A DNA stretch of 63,272 bases, filler included, from Reticulomyxa filosa (GCA_000512085.1; 16 parts of 16 records of this genome joined end to end with filler, not necessarily neighbours in it); one strand, 5' to 3'; counted from the whole stretch's first letter, positions 13,020 to 25,429 are shown. The notes: a model not told the origin generated them from the sequence alone. Made by a program: numbers and translations.

Positions 13020-14990
13020 AAAACCGAAAAATAAACAAGTCCGATAAATCCGTTGATAATAAGATGAATCAGGCTTTTATTTTTTTGATTGGCAATAACT
13101 GAAGTCGTTTTCATTGCTTTGCTAATTGCTTGCTATTAATTAAGTAGAACAAAAAAGACCAATTGATTAAAAGTTTTGTATTATTGTACTGAAGAATAGA
13201 TTTAGAAAGAGAAAATTCTATCTTTATTGTTTGATTGTATCACAACATCAAATTTTCATTTGAAAAATAACATTTATGCAAAAATATATCTATTGAAATA
13301 GATATTATTTTTTTGGATTGCCAATGACAATAAAATTACATTGAAAAAGTCTTTCGTTTTTGATATTCTTCAGCAATAAAACAAAATTTTTTTATTATTT
13401 CATATGCCTTTTTCTGTACACAGGCCATTTATTTATTTAATTATTTTATCAATTTAATTCAAATTATATTTGAAACAAGATTTGTTTAAATTTGAAAATG
13501 ATTTGGATGATATTTATTCTTGTTCATCAACAACACTTTTTTTAAATAACAATATGTGTTAAAAAATTTTCTTTTTTAAAAAGATAATAAAACATTTTTG
13601 TCAATATAAACAAAAATAAAAACATTCATAATAATTAAATTTTTTCTTTCTCTTTCAAACTTTTTTTTCTCCTTGAATTTTAAAGTTTTCTTTTTTTAAA
13701 AAATTCATTGCACTTTGTTCGCTGTGTGGAGAGAAAAGGATTCATGATAAATTTTTTAAATATCAACAGATCCAGAAAGAATCAATTTTTCCTTTAGTTA
13801 TTTTGATTGTGCTATCTTTTTTGAGCTCACATATAAAAATAAATGCCACAAATAATTGTAAACATATCGATATTTTGTGATATTAAATTTCAGTAACAGA
13901 GAAAGAATTTCTTAAAGAGTGATAGTTCTAGATTTTTTATTTTTCTTCTTTCATGTAAGCACTTTTGTAAGAAATTACATAGAATAAATTGAAAATTACT
14001 TCTGATTTTCAAGAAGAAAAGGTAGCATTGATAACTATCAGTTGTAATGATATGCTTTCAAAGTTTGTAAGAGATTGCAAAATAAAAATAAAAATGCATG
14101 TTCATATCATTGTGGAAATGTTTGCATTGCCATTGGCGATCATAAAACATTTCAATCGAATTACGCGAAAGCCACATGAAATGGTAGATTTTCAGTAATT
14201 ACTAGCTCCACATTGTCGTAGCGCTTGCACACAAATTCGGCTCGTTTGGATTTACTCCAACAGCAGTCCACATTTCATTTAACACGATTTCCAACTTGTA
14301 TTGATGTATTATGCTATTTGTCAACTTTTAGCAACTTTCAATTCCAAACACTCGTTTGGCTATATTCAGATCAATTGCTGCTTTTTCCCTTAACACATAT
14401 CATTTCTAATACCTATGTCCTTACCTTTCAAATGTTGCAATTGAGAGTTTATATTCATCAATCAGACATTCTTTTGAATGGAATTTGATCAGACTCTTTA
14501 CGTATACTGGCAATACATAGATAACATATTCTCCAGTAGTTATTTGAATGTATCTAACTTTTCACTTTTTACTCGCTTCATTAATAGTCTATCTAAACAA
14601 CACATCAAATGTCTTATTTATTTCGGATTTTAATGAAAATATTTTTAATATTTCTGTCATAAAAACAATTCCGGTAAATCTGTTGCTAATAAGATGAATC
14701 GGTCTTTTATTTTTTTGATTGACAGTCACCGAAAGTTATTTTCATTATTTTGCTAATTGCTTGCATTTATTGCGTATTATTGCATTATTATTTGTTGAAG
14801 GATCGATCTCGAAAAAAGCATTTCTTTCTTTATTGCTTGATTATATCACAACATGCAATTTTCCTTTGAAAAATAACATTTAAGCAAAAATGTGTCTCTT
14901 GATATATACATTGCCAGTGGCAATAAAATTGCATTAAAAAAGTCTTTTTGATTATTTTGTTTTTGATACTCTTTAACAATACAACAAACA
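13020..14990. repeat. Diverged direct duplication of about 350 bp (13020-13385 and 14655-14990)
   Basis: Shared blocks TAATAAGATGAATC..CTTTTATTTTTTTGATTG, TTGCTAATTGCTTGC, TATCACAACAT, TTTGAAAAATAACATTTA and CAATAAAATT.CATT.AAAAAGTCTTT in the same order. Confidence 0.8.
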
Positions 14991-15439
14991 TTTGTGGGAG
15001 TATGCTGCCGATGAAATATTACACTAAATGTAATACGAAAGGTTAATTAGCTCTTTTGAGCAAGTATCAACGAAAAAGATTAAATAAAGAAAAGGAAAAC
15101 AAATGTGTGGAAATGAGTACACCGAAACACCAGATTAAAACGAGAAAAGAAAAGCACTGGTGAGTGAAAAGTGTTAGGAAAAGTTAGATAGCAATATTTG
15201 CGTGAAAAATTTTTCAAATTTTTTCTTTTTTTCTATTTCATGTTAGTATTTTTTTAACAAATTACTTCAGATCTTTCAGCTGTAATGACGAATTATTTTA
15301 TTTGTTTATTTATACAATAATTCTCAGTTACTGACTATGTTACAAAACTAAAACAAAGGCTTTCAAAGGTATTCATCACATAAAATAAAAGAAATTAAGT
15401 CTTATTTTAAGAACAAAAAAGAATCGAACAACTCTAAAT

Positions 15440-16440
15440 CAAACTACTTTACCAAGTTGTTCTACAAGCAATTTCTGTTGATTCTTCAATCCACTTGCAC
15501 ACTTCCAAATATATTGCACTTATCTTTATGTACATAATTATTTTAGTGTTGTAATTGCAATTTAATTTGCAAAATATTATAATTACTCTATATTTGTTGA
15601 ATTGGAAAATCCAATTTCATGGCAACAATCTACAATTCTTTGAAAGAATTAGAATTAATAATATTATCATTATTGTCAGTGTGATCGAATGGAATAAAAG
15701 GATTAAATAATAACAAGCCTAATGCCAGCAATTTTATTTCAATATTTCTCTTTCCCATCATTCAATAATTGTAACACGTCTCCATATATCATCTGATATT
15801 TTTGACAAATGATTGAAGAAATCAAATTTTATTATTGAGTCCATCCGATAAAAATTACCAATTTTTTTAATTTCAATACTATCTTTCAAGTGAACCGCGA
15901 ACTATGAGTATCTATTATTGAGCTCGTTTGTCGTTCACTCAATTTCATTGCTATTATTCGAAGTGTTTCTTCACATGAATATTAAACCTATAATCGATAC
16001 AAACAAATTCAAATTTTAAAAATTGTGTCATAGTTATTTGATTATTCAATAGGTGATATTGTTTTAAGTATTTTTACACATGAAAGCTGGATTTGATTGT
16101 ATTTGTTCTTGAAACTTTTTTATTAAACATTAAAACAAATTAGTCAATTTGAATGATATTCTTTGAAGCGTTTCTCTATAATACCAACTTTCAGTATTGA
16201 ATTCATTTGTTGAAGAGCTTCCATTTAGCTTTGTCAAGTGATTCTATACAATTGACTCTGCACATGAATATTGGATATTTTTACTAGTATCATTTTTTAA
16301 TTTATCCATCAAATATTGTAATAGTAACAGTTTTTGAATTGCTTGTGCACATGAATAAAGAATATCTTCATTCTTGTGTTTGGATTCACTCTTTAGCAAA
16401 TTACAAAGAAGTCATTCAATTGTGTTTGATTCCTCAAAGT
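15440..16440 (-). pseudogene. Decayed paralog of the HEAT/ANK gene at 17176-23200
   Basis: 15615-15810 aligns by eye with 18845-19070 (AATTGTAA.ACGTCTCCA.ATATCATCTGATATTT.TGACAA); broken HEAT units; YLEVCKWI versus YVEMCKWI. Confidence 0.8.
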
Positions 16441-17175
16441 CTTGTATCACGCTAAAATAAATAAATATCACAACTAGTTATAAATACGTATATCCAACAA
16501 ACGAAAATTTTTAATTGTAGACAAGTTTTTATCCTATTTAAGTATTATTTATTTATTTTTCTACGTTGCAAAAAAACCAGCATATTAAATTTTGAATCTA
16601 TCCCAAATAGACAAATGATACTGTAAGTAATCAAATTTATTTTTTTCCTGTCATTTGATGTACCCGTCTCTTGTTTAAGGCTTTTTACTTTTTCTTCTTT
16701 ATTTTGTTGGATATTGTTCAGCGATTGACTCAGTTTTATATTTATAGTACAGGTAACACAAAAGTCTCACTCTTCATTTTTCAAAAATTTTTTGCTTTAA
16801 ACTTTACAATACTGAACGTTTCGAGCCCCTTTTGGTTGAAATGTATTTAAAACGAAAATGTTTTCAAGGATTGAAAAAGCAATGATTAAAGTATTTTTGT
16901 AATCATATAAATAAAAGTTTACATAAATCTCTCTTTCATTTTTAGATGATGTATACAAATAAAATTGTAATGCATATTTTATTTTTATACATCATCTTTT
17001 GGTATATCATTCTCTTGTCCTCTGGAAGATTAGAAAATCACACAGTGAATTATTTACATGATTAACATGAACTGAGAATTAAGAAGCCATTGGATAAGCA
17101 ATATCTTTTCAAATTTTGTTCATGTTTTCAATCAAAGTAGCAATATCATAATTTGTTTGATCATAAAAAGAAAAT

Positions 17176-20100
17176 TCATGATTTTAAGAATCTAAGAATG
17201 AAAATGAACAAAATAAAGCCACAAACAAAATAAAACAAAAGAAAGGCAATAGTTGTTTGGAGAGTAAAGTGAAGAAAGGATTCAAGGTTCCATTGGAATT
17301 GGTTTTGGCTCCTTTGTAGACTTTCTTGACCTTTCTTTTGTTTATTCATTCCTATGCTGTGATGGCTTCTATGAAACACAAAACTCTTTCCTTCTTGATC
17401 ACGAAACCACCTATAAAGATTATCACCTAAACGAATTCTATATCCGACATTGTGACCTCGCATATAACAGTTTTCTGCATCAGTTTGGACTGGACGATAT
17501 GGCCAATTCTCTGCAATTGATGGCGATTCTCCTTCACGAGGAGGAGCATCGTCTAATGATTGAATATCACTACAATACAAATATTTCATACTCTCATCAC
17601 TTTCCTTATTTCTCAATGCAAATGCATTTTTGATATAATTTTTCAACCATTCCTTATTTTTATTGATGTTTTCACTATTACATGGAAAATATGCAACTAA
17701 ATATGGTTGTATCCATTTATGCTTATTCCTACGATGAGGAGTATTTGACGGAACAGTATCCATCAATCGATTATCAATCCGAACCAAAACATAATTAGAT
17801 GCTTTACACAAACTCAAATAAAAGCAATGCCCTTTATGACCAACCACCAAACTCATTTCATAATATTCTTTTCTTGGAGAAATTAAACGATCTACTACAT
17901 TTGAACTCCAATCATCAAGTAAATTATTACAAATATTCATAGCTGTGTTATAATCCCAATATATTGTCAATTGCACTTGTAATTCTTTCAATCCTTTTTC
18001 ATACATTTGTTCACATGTTGTATACTTTGGTAATTCATAGCATCCTTCAGTTAGTTTCAATCGGATACATATTTCGAATAACAAAAATATTTTATACCTT
18101 TGGAATGTTGATGATAACCATCCCTTATTAAACTCGCTTTGAATTGAGTTTTCGCCAATGACAGATTTCACATTTCGACCGGCTGCCCAATATAATAAAT
18201 TATCATTGATCAATATCTCTTTTAATTCTTTTTGATTCATTCCCAATAAGAAAGATGCACCTTCCATTAATAATGTCTGATAACTGTCTTCATCAATGAC
18301 TTTGATGATACCATCTTTATTAATTAATTTGTCCTTGGCATAATCAATTGCATATTCAATTTGTTTCATTGGATATGTTACCCTTTTCCTCAATATCCAT
18401 TTACACATTTCTACATATTCTTTTTTCTTTTTTTTATTTTCTTTAATCTTTTTTTCCTCATCTTCATTCTTTTTTTCTTCCTTTTCAATGTTCTCAATAA
18501 GTTTACTGATGTATTCACAAGGAGCTTGTGAAGTGTTTGCATCCAAGCCACCTTCTCCAACGTCAACCCATGCACCTTGTTCAATGCAATAACGAGCAAT
18601 ATCCCAGCGTTTGTTATGTATTGCTACATGTAATGGAGTTTGTCCAAGTTCATTAAATGCGCCATTTATGTCAATACGATGACGTTCCAATGAAGATTTC
18701 AGTTTTGATATATCACCTAATTTTGCTGCTTCATGAATGGAGGCATAAAGGCCTTTATATATATAACTATTTGACTGTTGTGATTGCAATTTAGTTTGCG
18801 AGGTATTGTAATCTCTCCATTTTTGTTGAATTGAAAATCCCCATTTCATGGCTTGTTTATTGCAGCAATCTATCAGTTCCTTGAAAGCCTCAGAGTTGAT
18901 AATGTTATCATTATTATCATTGTGATTAAATTGAATACGAGGATTACACGCTAACAAACCTGACGCCAGTGATTCCATTTCAAAATTTTTCTTTCCCATT
19001 TTAATTTTTGTGTTTTTCTTCAATGTGGTAATTGTAATACGTCTCCACATATCATCTGATATTTCTGACAATACAAAGCCACTCACAGTATCTTTCAAAA
19101 CATTGTTTATTAATAAACACAATTGTTCATCATTCAATTTCGTTATAAGTACAGCGGCATATGAATTACAAACTCTATAAATGATATTATTATACTCATC
19201 CATCCAAATTTTGAATGTATTATCTATTTGTCGCTCGTTCAATTTGGATAATACTATTTCTAGCATTTGTTCATATGGATCCCCAATAATATAACTTTTA
19301 GTATTTAATTTATTTTGAAAATAATAAAGCAAATTATTCAGTTGTACTTCATCCGATTCGAATGCTATCATTTCAAGTGTTTTTATGCGTAAATCACGAT
19401 CGTCTATGCCTATATAATGGATTTCGCTTAAAAATTTGAATGTGATATCTAGTTGCTGCTTATTCAATTCAGTTGATATTGATGACATTATTTTCGTGTA
19501 TAATATCCAAGACTGGATATCATAATCTTTGGATCCATATTCTAGATATTTAACTGTTTCGTCCAGAGGTCGTTTTTTCAATTTTGTTATTATTATTTGA
19601 AGTATTTTTTGAGAAGAATTTTGAAGGTTGCCATCATACAGTTTGAATCTATCGCTTAAACATTGAAGCATATTGCTTAATTGTTCATTATTTAATTTCG
19701 GTGATATTCTCTGAAGTATTTTTGCACATGAGTTATGAATACTGTCATCACCGTAATTGAATCCATTTTTTAAACATTGAAGTACATCATCTAGTTGATC
19801 AGTTAATTCCGATGATATTTTCTTGAGTATTTTTACACATAAATATTGAACCTCATAATCTTTATCATCGAATTTTTCTTTTAACATGGAAAGTAAATTA
19901 TATAATTGTGTTCTACTCAATTTCGATACCATTTCTCGAAGTATTTTCGCACATGAACAGCAAATATTAGTGTATTTATTATTTAATCCCTTTAGTAACA
20001 ATTCAAATATGCTCCTCGTTTGTTGTTCATTCAACTTCGATGCTATTGATTTGAGTAATTCACTATACGAATCACGGACATAATCGTCCGTATGGTTAAA

Positions 20101-21162
20101 CCCTTCTTGAAGCAGATTATACAATAGTGTTCCATCCAAGTTCAATGCCTTTTCTGGAAGCCCTTTCATGTATAAATCAAAAACGCTTCCATTTTTGTCC
20201 CTTTTCAACAAAATTTTATTGTATTGATTCTTGAGTTTTTTGATCAATGAGCCCATTTGTCGTTCATTCAATCCCGATAATATTGTTTCGAATATTTTCA
20301 TATATGAAATATAAGCATGGCCAATACCACGATAGAGTCTTTTTTTAAAAAACGGAAGCACCTCATCCAATTTTATTTCATCTAATTGCAATACTGTTTT
20401 TCTAAGTGCATGAATATATGAATCGTAATCTTTATTTTTGGTCCTCCTCATAAAAAAACCATCTGGATCTAATTCATTTGATTCTGATAAAGGTTTTTCG
20501 ATTTCTACTTCATTATTCATAGTGTTGAGTTTATTCAGTAACAATTTATTTAATTGTGTCGTATTTAATTGCAATACTATTTTTTGAAGTGTATCTGCAT
20601 ATGATTGAAGAATATCACCACTTTTATTATTGAGTCCATCCGACAAAAATTCAAATAAATCATCTCTTTGTTGTTCGTTCAATTGTGTGAACATTATCCC
20701 GAATATTTGTCTACATAAACTACGAACCCAACAATTTGTATCCTCAAAATTATTTTTTGACCAGTTTAGCAAATGATCCAATTTTGTTTCATTTAATCTC
20801 GATGCTATCATTTCAAGTCCTTTTGCACATGAGGCACGAACTTTTTCATATTTGTCATTAATCCCACTCAATAAAAATTCAAATATATCATCCACTTGTT
20901 GTTTACTCAAGTTCTTTGATATTATTTGAAGTATTTTTAAACATGAATTCTGAAGTTGTTCGTCTTTGTCCTTGTAACCTTTTATTAACCATTGAAGTAA
21001 ATTATTCAATTGTGTTTCATTTAATCTCAATGCTATCATTTCAAGTCCTTTCGCACATGAGGCACGAAGGTTATGGTATTTATTATTAAGCTTATTCAAT
21101 AAAAATTCAAATATATTATCCACTTGTTGTTCACTCAAATTCTTTGATATTATTTGAAGCAT
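17176..21162 (-). CDS. HEAT-repeat + ankyrin + putative CE-clan cysteine-peptidase-like protein (intact 1328-aa 3' ORF)
   Basis: About 38-aa repeats (VRASCAKGLEMIASRLNETKLD); SIHEAAKLG and GQTPLHVAIHNKRWDIARYCIEQGA ankyrin repeats; C-terminal GHKGHCF..IDNR..PVQTDAENC. Confidence 0.85.
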   Translation of the reverse strand: MLQIISKNLSEQQVDNIFEFLLNKLNNKYHNLRASCAKGLEMIALRLNETQLNNLLQWLIKGYKDKDEQLQNSCLKILQIISKNLSKQQVDDIFEFLLSGINDKYEKVRASCAKGLEMIASRLNETKLDHLLNWSKNNFEDTNCWVRSLCRQIFGIMFTQLNEQQRDDLFEFLSDGLNNKSGDILQSYADTLQKIVLQLNTTQLNKLLLNKLNTMNNEVEIEKPLSESNELDPDGFFMRRTKNKDYDSYIHALRKTVLQLDEIKLDEVLPFFKKRLYRGIGHAYISYMKIFETILSGLNERQMGSLIKKLKNQYNKILLKRDKNGSVFDLYMKGLPEKALNLDGTLLYNLLQEGFNHTDDYVRDSYSELLKSIASKLNEQQTRSIFELLLKGLNNKYTNICCSCAKILREMVSKLSRTQLYNLLSMLKEKFDDKDYEVQYLCVKILKKISSELTDQLDDVLQCLKNGFNYGDDSIHNSCAKILQRISPKLNNEQLSNMLQCLSDRFKLYDGNLQNSSQKILQIIITKLKKRPLDETVKYLEYGSKDYDIQSWILYTKIMSSISTELNKQQLDITFKFLSEIHYIGIDDRDLRIKTLEMIAFESDEVQLNNLLYYFQNKLNTKSYIIGDPYEQMLEIVLSKLNERQIDNTFKIWMDEYNNIIYRVCNSYAAVLITKLNDEQLCLLINNVLKDTVSGFVLSEISDDMWRRITITTLKKNTKIKMGKKNFEMESLASGLLACNPRIQFNHNDNNDNIINSEAFKELIDCCNKQAMKWGFSIQQKWRDYNTSQTKLQSQQSNSYIYKGLYASIHEAAKLGDISKLKSSLERHRIDINGAFNELGQTPLHVAIHNKRWDIARYCIEQGAWVDVGEGGLDANTSQAPCEYISKLIENIEKEEKKNEDEEKKIKENKKKKKEYVEMCKWILRKRVTYPMKQIEYAIDYAKDKLINKDGIIKVIDEDSYQTLLMEGASFLLGMNQKELKEILINDNLLYWAAGRNVKSVIGENSIQSEFNKGWLSSTFQRYKIFLLFEICIRLKLTEGCYELPKYTTCEQMYEKGLKELQVQLTIYWDYNTAMNICNNLLDDWSSNVVDRLISPRKEYYEMSLVVGHKGHCFYLSLCKASNYVLVRIDNRLMDTVPSNTPHRRNKHKWIQPYLVAYFPCNSENINKNKEWLKNYIKNAFALRNKESDESMKYLYCSDIQSLDDAPPREGESPSIAENWPYRPVQTDAENCYMRGHNVGYRIRLGDNLYRWFRDQEGKSFVFHRSHHSIGMNKQKKGQESLQRSQNQFQWNLESFLHFTLQTTIAFLLFYFVCGFILFIFILRFLKS

Positions 21163-23232
21163 TTTTTCACATTAATATCGAATATTGTAATCAGTATTAC
21201 TGAATCCAGATTTTAAAAATTGGATTATGCTGTCAAGTTGTTGATCAGTTAACACAGGTGATATTGTTGTAAGTATTTTTAAACATAAATTCTGAAGTTG
21301 TTTGTCATTGTCCTTGTAACCTTTTATTAAACATTGAAGTAAATTATTCAATTGTGTTTCATTCAGTCTCAATACTATTCTTCGGAATGTTTCTTTATAA
21401 TAACAATTTTTAGCATCCAATTGTTTTTTATTTAACTTTGTCAAGAGATTTGTAAGTGATTCTACATAATGATGGTAAATGACTTTGTCTTCATTTTTAA
21501 GTCCATCAATCAAACAGGAGATTGTATTATCGAATTTCTTTTCTTTGTATTTTATTAATATCTTTCAAGTGATTGAATAGACAACTTATGACTTATATCC
21601 CTTTTATCAATATCAATAAAACTCTTTTAAGTGAATATGCACAATATTTCTGCACAAATGTATTTTCATTATCATCATTTACTCCATTCATCAAATATTC
21701 CAAAGTATCATCCAATTGTTGTTTATTCAATTTCATTGCTATTCTTCCAAGAGATTCTGCACATGACATTCGAACTAATATATCTTCGTTCTTATCATTC
21801 AATCTATTCTTCAAATATTCCCATGCAATATTCAATTGTTTTTTATTTAATTTCAGTTTTTGAATTGTTTGTGCACATAAATAACGAACATAATCATCCT
21901 TATATTTGAAGCTATTCTCAATTAAATACATAACAAAATTATCTAATTGTGTTGGATTCCATTTCTTTGACAGTGTTGCAAGCAGATCAATACAAAATTT
22001 ATGGATACGCTTTTTCTTACATTTCAAACTCTTTATCAAATATTTGAAAGCAGTATCTAAATGTATTTTTTTTGAATCAACTAAAATTTCTATATACAAT
22101 TCTCTACGCAACCAATATCCACTCTTATCATTATTGTTAATAAATATATTCATTAAATACTCAAATTTAACACTTGATTGTTCTTGATTCCATCTCTTCA
22201 AAAGTGTTTTAATCAATTGTACACAGTATTGATGAACAACTTTTCTTTTATCATGCAATCCGTCTATCAAATATTGAAATACATTATTCTGTTTTTTTCC
22301 ATTCAATTTCAATAAAATTCTTTTAAGTAGATCTGCAGATGATCGATGATAGGATTCATTTGTACTATCTAATGCATTTAAAAAAGATTTACAAATACTA
22401 CTTAATTGTTTCACATCCAATTTCATCACAATTGTTTCAAGTACTACTGCGCAAGAATTAAAAATATCTTTATCTTTAGTTTCAAATTCTGAAATTACAT
22501 ATTTTAAAATATAGTCCATTTGCTCTTTATCCAATTTTATCACAAATGTTGTGATTACTCTTGCACATGAATCACAGAGATGAATGCTTTTATTGTTAAA
22601 TGTATCTATCATACGTTTAAAAGCGCTACTCAATTGCTCCGTATTCATGTTCAATAATATTTTTTCAATTAATTTGGCACATATTTCATGTAAGCCAATC
22701 CTCTTTTGGAATCCATCCAATAAAATGTCAAAAATATCCACTTGTTTTTTATCTAACTTTGTTGCAATTGCCTCAAATATATCTGCGTACATACGGCAAT
22801 AAGAAATGAGTTTCTTTTTGAAAGTATTCATCAAGCATCTAAAAGTGTTATACAATTGTTCCTTATTCACATTCTGTGATATTTTTTCAATTAATTGGGC
22901 ACATTTCTTGTGAACACCTTTATCATCTTCGTCAAGTCCATCCAATAAAATTTCAATAACATCACTCATTTGTATTTCACTCACTTTGAATACTATTGCT
23001 TCAAGTGTATCCATAAGTATCACTCTACATTGAGAGTATGGATGGGGCCATCGCGTTATCCTGTTTTGTTCTTTTGGTGTGATAAGATATTCTCGTTGAT
23101 TTAATTGTTTTGGAACTGGCTTGAATTGATCTATGATACATGAGTAAATATCTGGATGAACAAGAACATGTGACAAATTGGAAAAATTTAGTCCTATCAC
23201 TTTATGGAGTGGTAGATGTGCAGTTCTGTATT
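21163..23232 (-). pseudogene. Upstream HEAT-repeat portion of the same gene, disrupted and 5' truncated at contig end
   Basis: Same repeats continue; in-frame TAA at 21172-21174 (RY*CEKML); two frame changes at about 21560-21615. Confidence 0.8.
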
Positions 23233-23810
23233 NNNNNNNNNNNNNNNNNNNNNNNNNNNNNNNNNNNNNNNNNNNNTTAATTAATTAANNNNNNNNNNNN
23301 NNNNNNNNNNNNNNNNNNNNNNNNNNNNNNNNTGCCATTTAGGTATGTCAGTTTTTTTTGCAATCTACTGTATGAACTTACTTATGAATAACCATTCAGG
23401 CAGTAACTGTCGTTGTCTTGTTTTCTTTCTGAGAGCATTGTTTCTATGTAAGTTTTTGTACTCTTTGTAGTTAATCATTAAATTTTTTTTTACAAGCTAA
23501 TGTTGTAACTCGTCCAAGCAAGGGACAGCCTTAAGTTTAAAAAAACGAATTTCACACGAAATTAACAGTGAATTATTACTTATCTTAAAAGGAAATAATT
23601 TGATTTTCAAATATTTTGCAAATAGTTGCTATTAAATCTTTAAAATGAATCAGGAAATATGACCTAATTAACGATTTTTTACTTTATTCTATTTTGGTAT
23701 ATTTCATTTTATTGTATTTAGCTTATGTTTTAAACAATCACATTAATCTGATTTGAATATTTTCTTCAGCGTAAATATATATAATTTAATAAATCAATGA
23801 TATCTTCATA

Positions 23811-24798
23811 CATTAGGATAAAAAAGAAAGTTGACACCTAAAATGCCACCTTATAGATTATTGTATTTCTCCATGAAAAAACAAAATTTTTTAAAAAAAA
23901 TATCTACGAATCGTGTAGTTTTTAAATATCACTTTGGTTTTTTATTAAGTCTTTCCAAAAATTTTAATCTTTAATTTACTTTAAAAAAATTTTTTGTGGT
24001 GCCTGAGTATGATAAGATTTGTTTTTTTAAATTTAATTCAAGTTTACGAATGTGTTATATCTACTTTGGCCTTTTTAACTACTTGTATTGTCTTTGGCAT
24101 AGACTTTATTAAGGTTTCACAAATGTTTGTTTCCATTTTTCACATTATGTTTCGAATTTGTTCCAAAGTTCTTCAGTGGTATTAAATGGACCTTTTTTGT
24201 GAATCGTTGTCTTTACTATTCACCAAAGATTTTCAATTTGATTTAAATTAGGTGAATCTGCAGTAAATTCGTTGTTTTTTTTTGTTTTAATTATTTCATA
24301 ATTTTTTCCGATTTATTGCATGTTGCATTATCTTGCTGAAAATCCAATCATCTTTATTTTCTAAGCAGCAATTGACTATCTTTAGATTAAGTCAGATAAA
24401 ACTTCTTTATATATATCAGTATTTCTCCACCTTCCACCTTGCAAGAGTAACATATTCTTATGCTCCAAAACATGTCCAAACTAAAATGCTTCCACCAACA
24501 AATTTTGTTCTTCTTGTTATGGAATTTTCATCTAATGGTTGTCAAACAATATTTTGGCAACAAAATAATTAAAATAACAAAAATCAATATCGAACACCTA
24601 AAAAAAAAGGTAAATATTAAAAATTGTTTAAAAAAAGATGGCAAATATCATTAATAAAAAACCAAAATGATATTTAAAAACTACAAGATTCTTAGATATT
24701 TTAAAAAAATTTTGATTAGATGTTGTTTTTTCATGGAGAAACACAATAATCTATATAAGGTGGCATTTTAGGTTTCAACTTTCTTTTTTATCATAATG
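23811..24798 (-). mobile_element. Internally deleted, decayed Tc1-family DNA transposon
   Basis: TIRs of about 135 bp (CATTAGGATAAAAAAGAAAGTTGACACC...), TA on both sides; transposase remnants KFVGGSILVWTCF, QQDNAT, SPNLNQIENLW and LIKSMPK...AK. Confidence 0.93.
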
Positions 24799-25429
24799 TA
24801 GTATTTTTCTTTGTTTTCTTTTCTTCAACGATATGATATATTGTGATGTATCTTTTAGCTTATCTGTAAATGGTTGACTGCATTTACATAATATTCATTT
24901 GACTCGGACACATTGTCGAATATCTTTGTTTCAGTTTTTTCTTTTTCTGTTTAGTTTCTTTCTAACAATTTTGTTTTGATACAGTAGGTACATTTTTGTC
25001 TTGATTCTTTGATGTTTCAATTAATTTATATTTTTGTTCTTTATCATTTTGTTTTTGGATTTTCCATTGTTTGGTTTTGACGAATTTTTCATGTAATTTC
25101 GGACATAAGTTTTTCAATACTGAGAATGACATAGCCACCATAAAAATTAAAATTGTTTTTATCTTCCAACTATATTATTGTCCTTTAACAATAGACTTTA
25201 CAATTTGTCATTAACATTAAGCGCAGATATGAGTTATATATTGTTGTAAGTTTGAATTAAAAAGTTCAATTCGAAAATTTAAGTGTTAAGCAATTGTAAA
25301 AAAGTTTGTATATTTGCCATTTCTTCACTATAGTGTCATATTCCTTACATAGAAATGCTCTGATTATACAAACGAAGTTGCTGAAAAATATTTATATCAA
25401 GCAACCATTTCTAAATTGTGATTTTTATT

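Noticed and set aside
8432-21174. Stop-codon reassignment suggested by in-frame TGA (8432) and TAA (21172)
   Set aside because: Conserved genes end normally at TAA/TAG/TGA and use TGG for Trp; isolated nonsense changes fit pseudogenisation.
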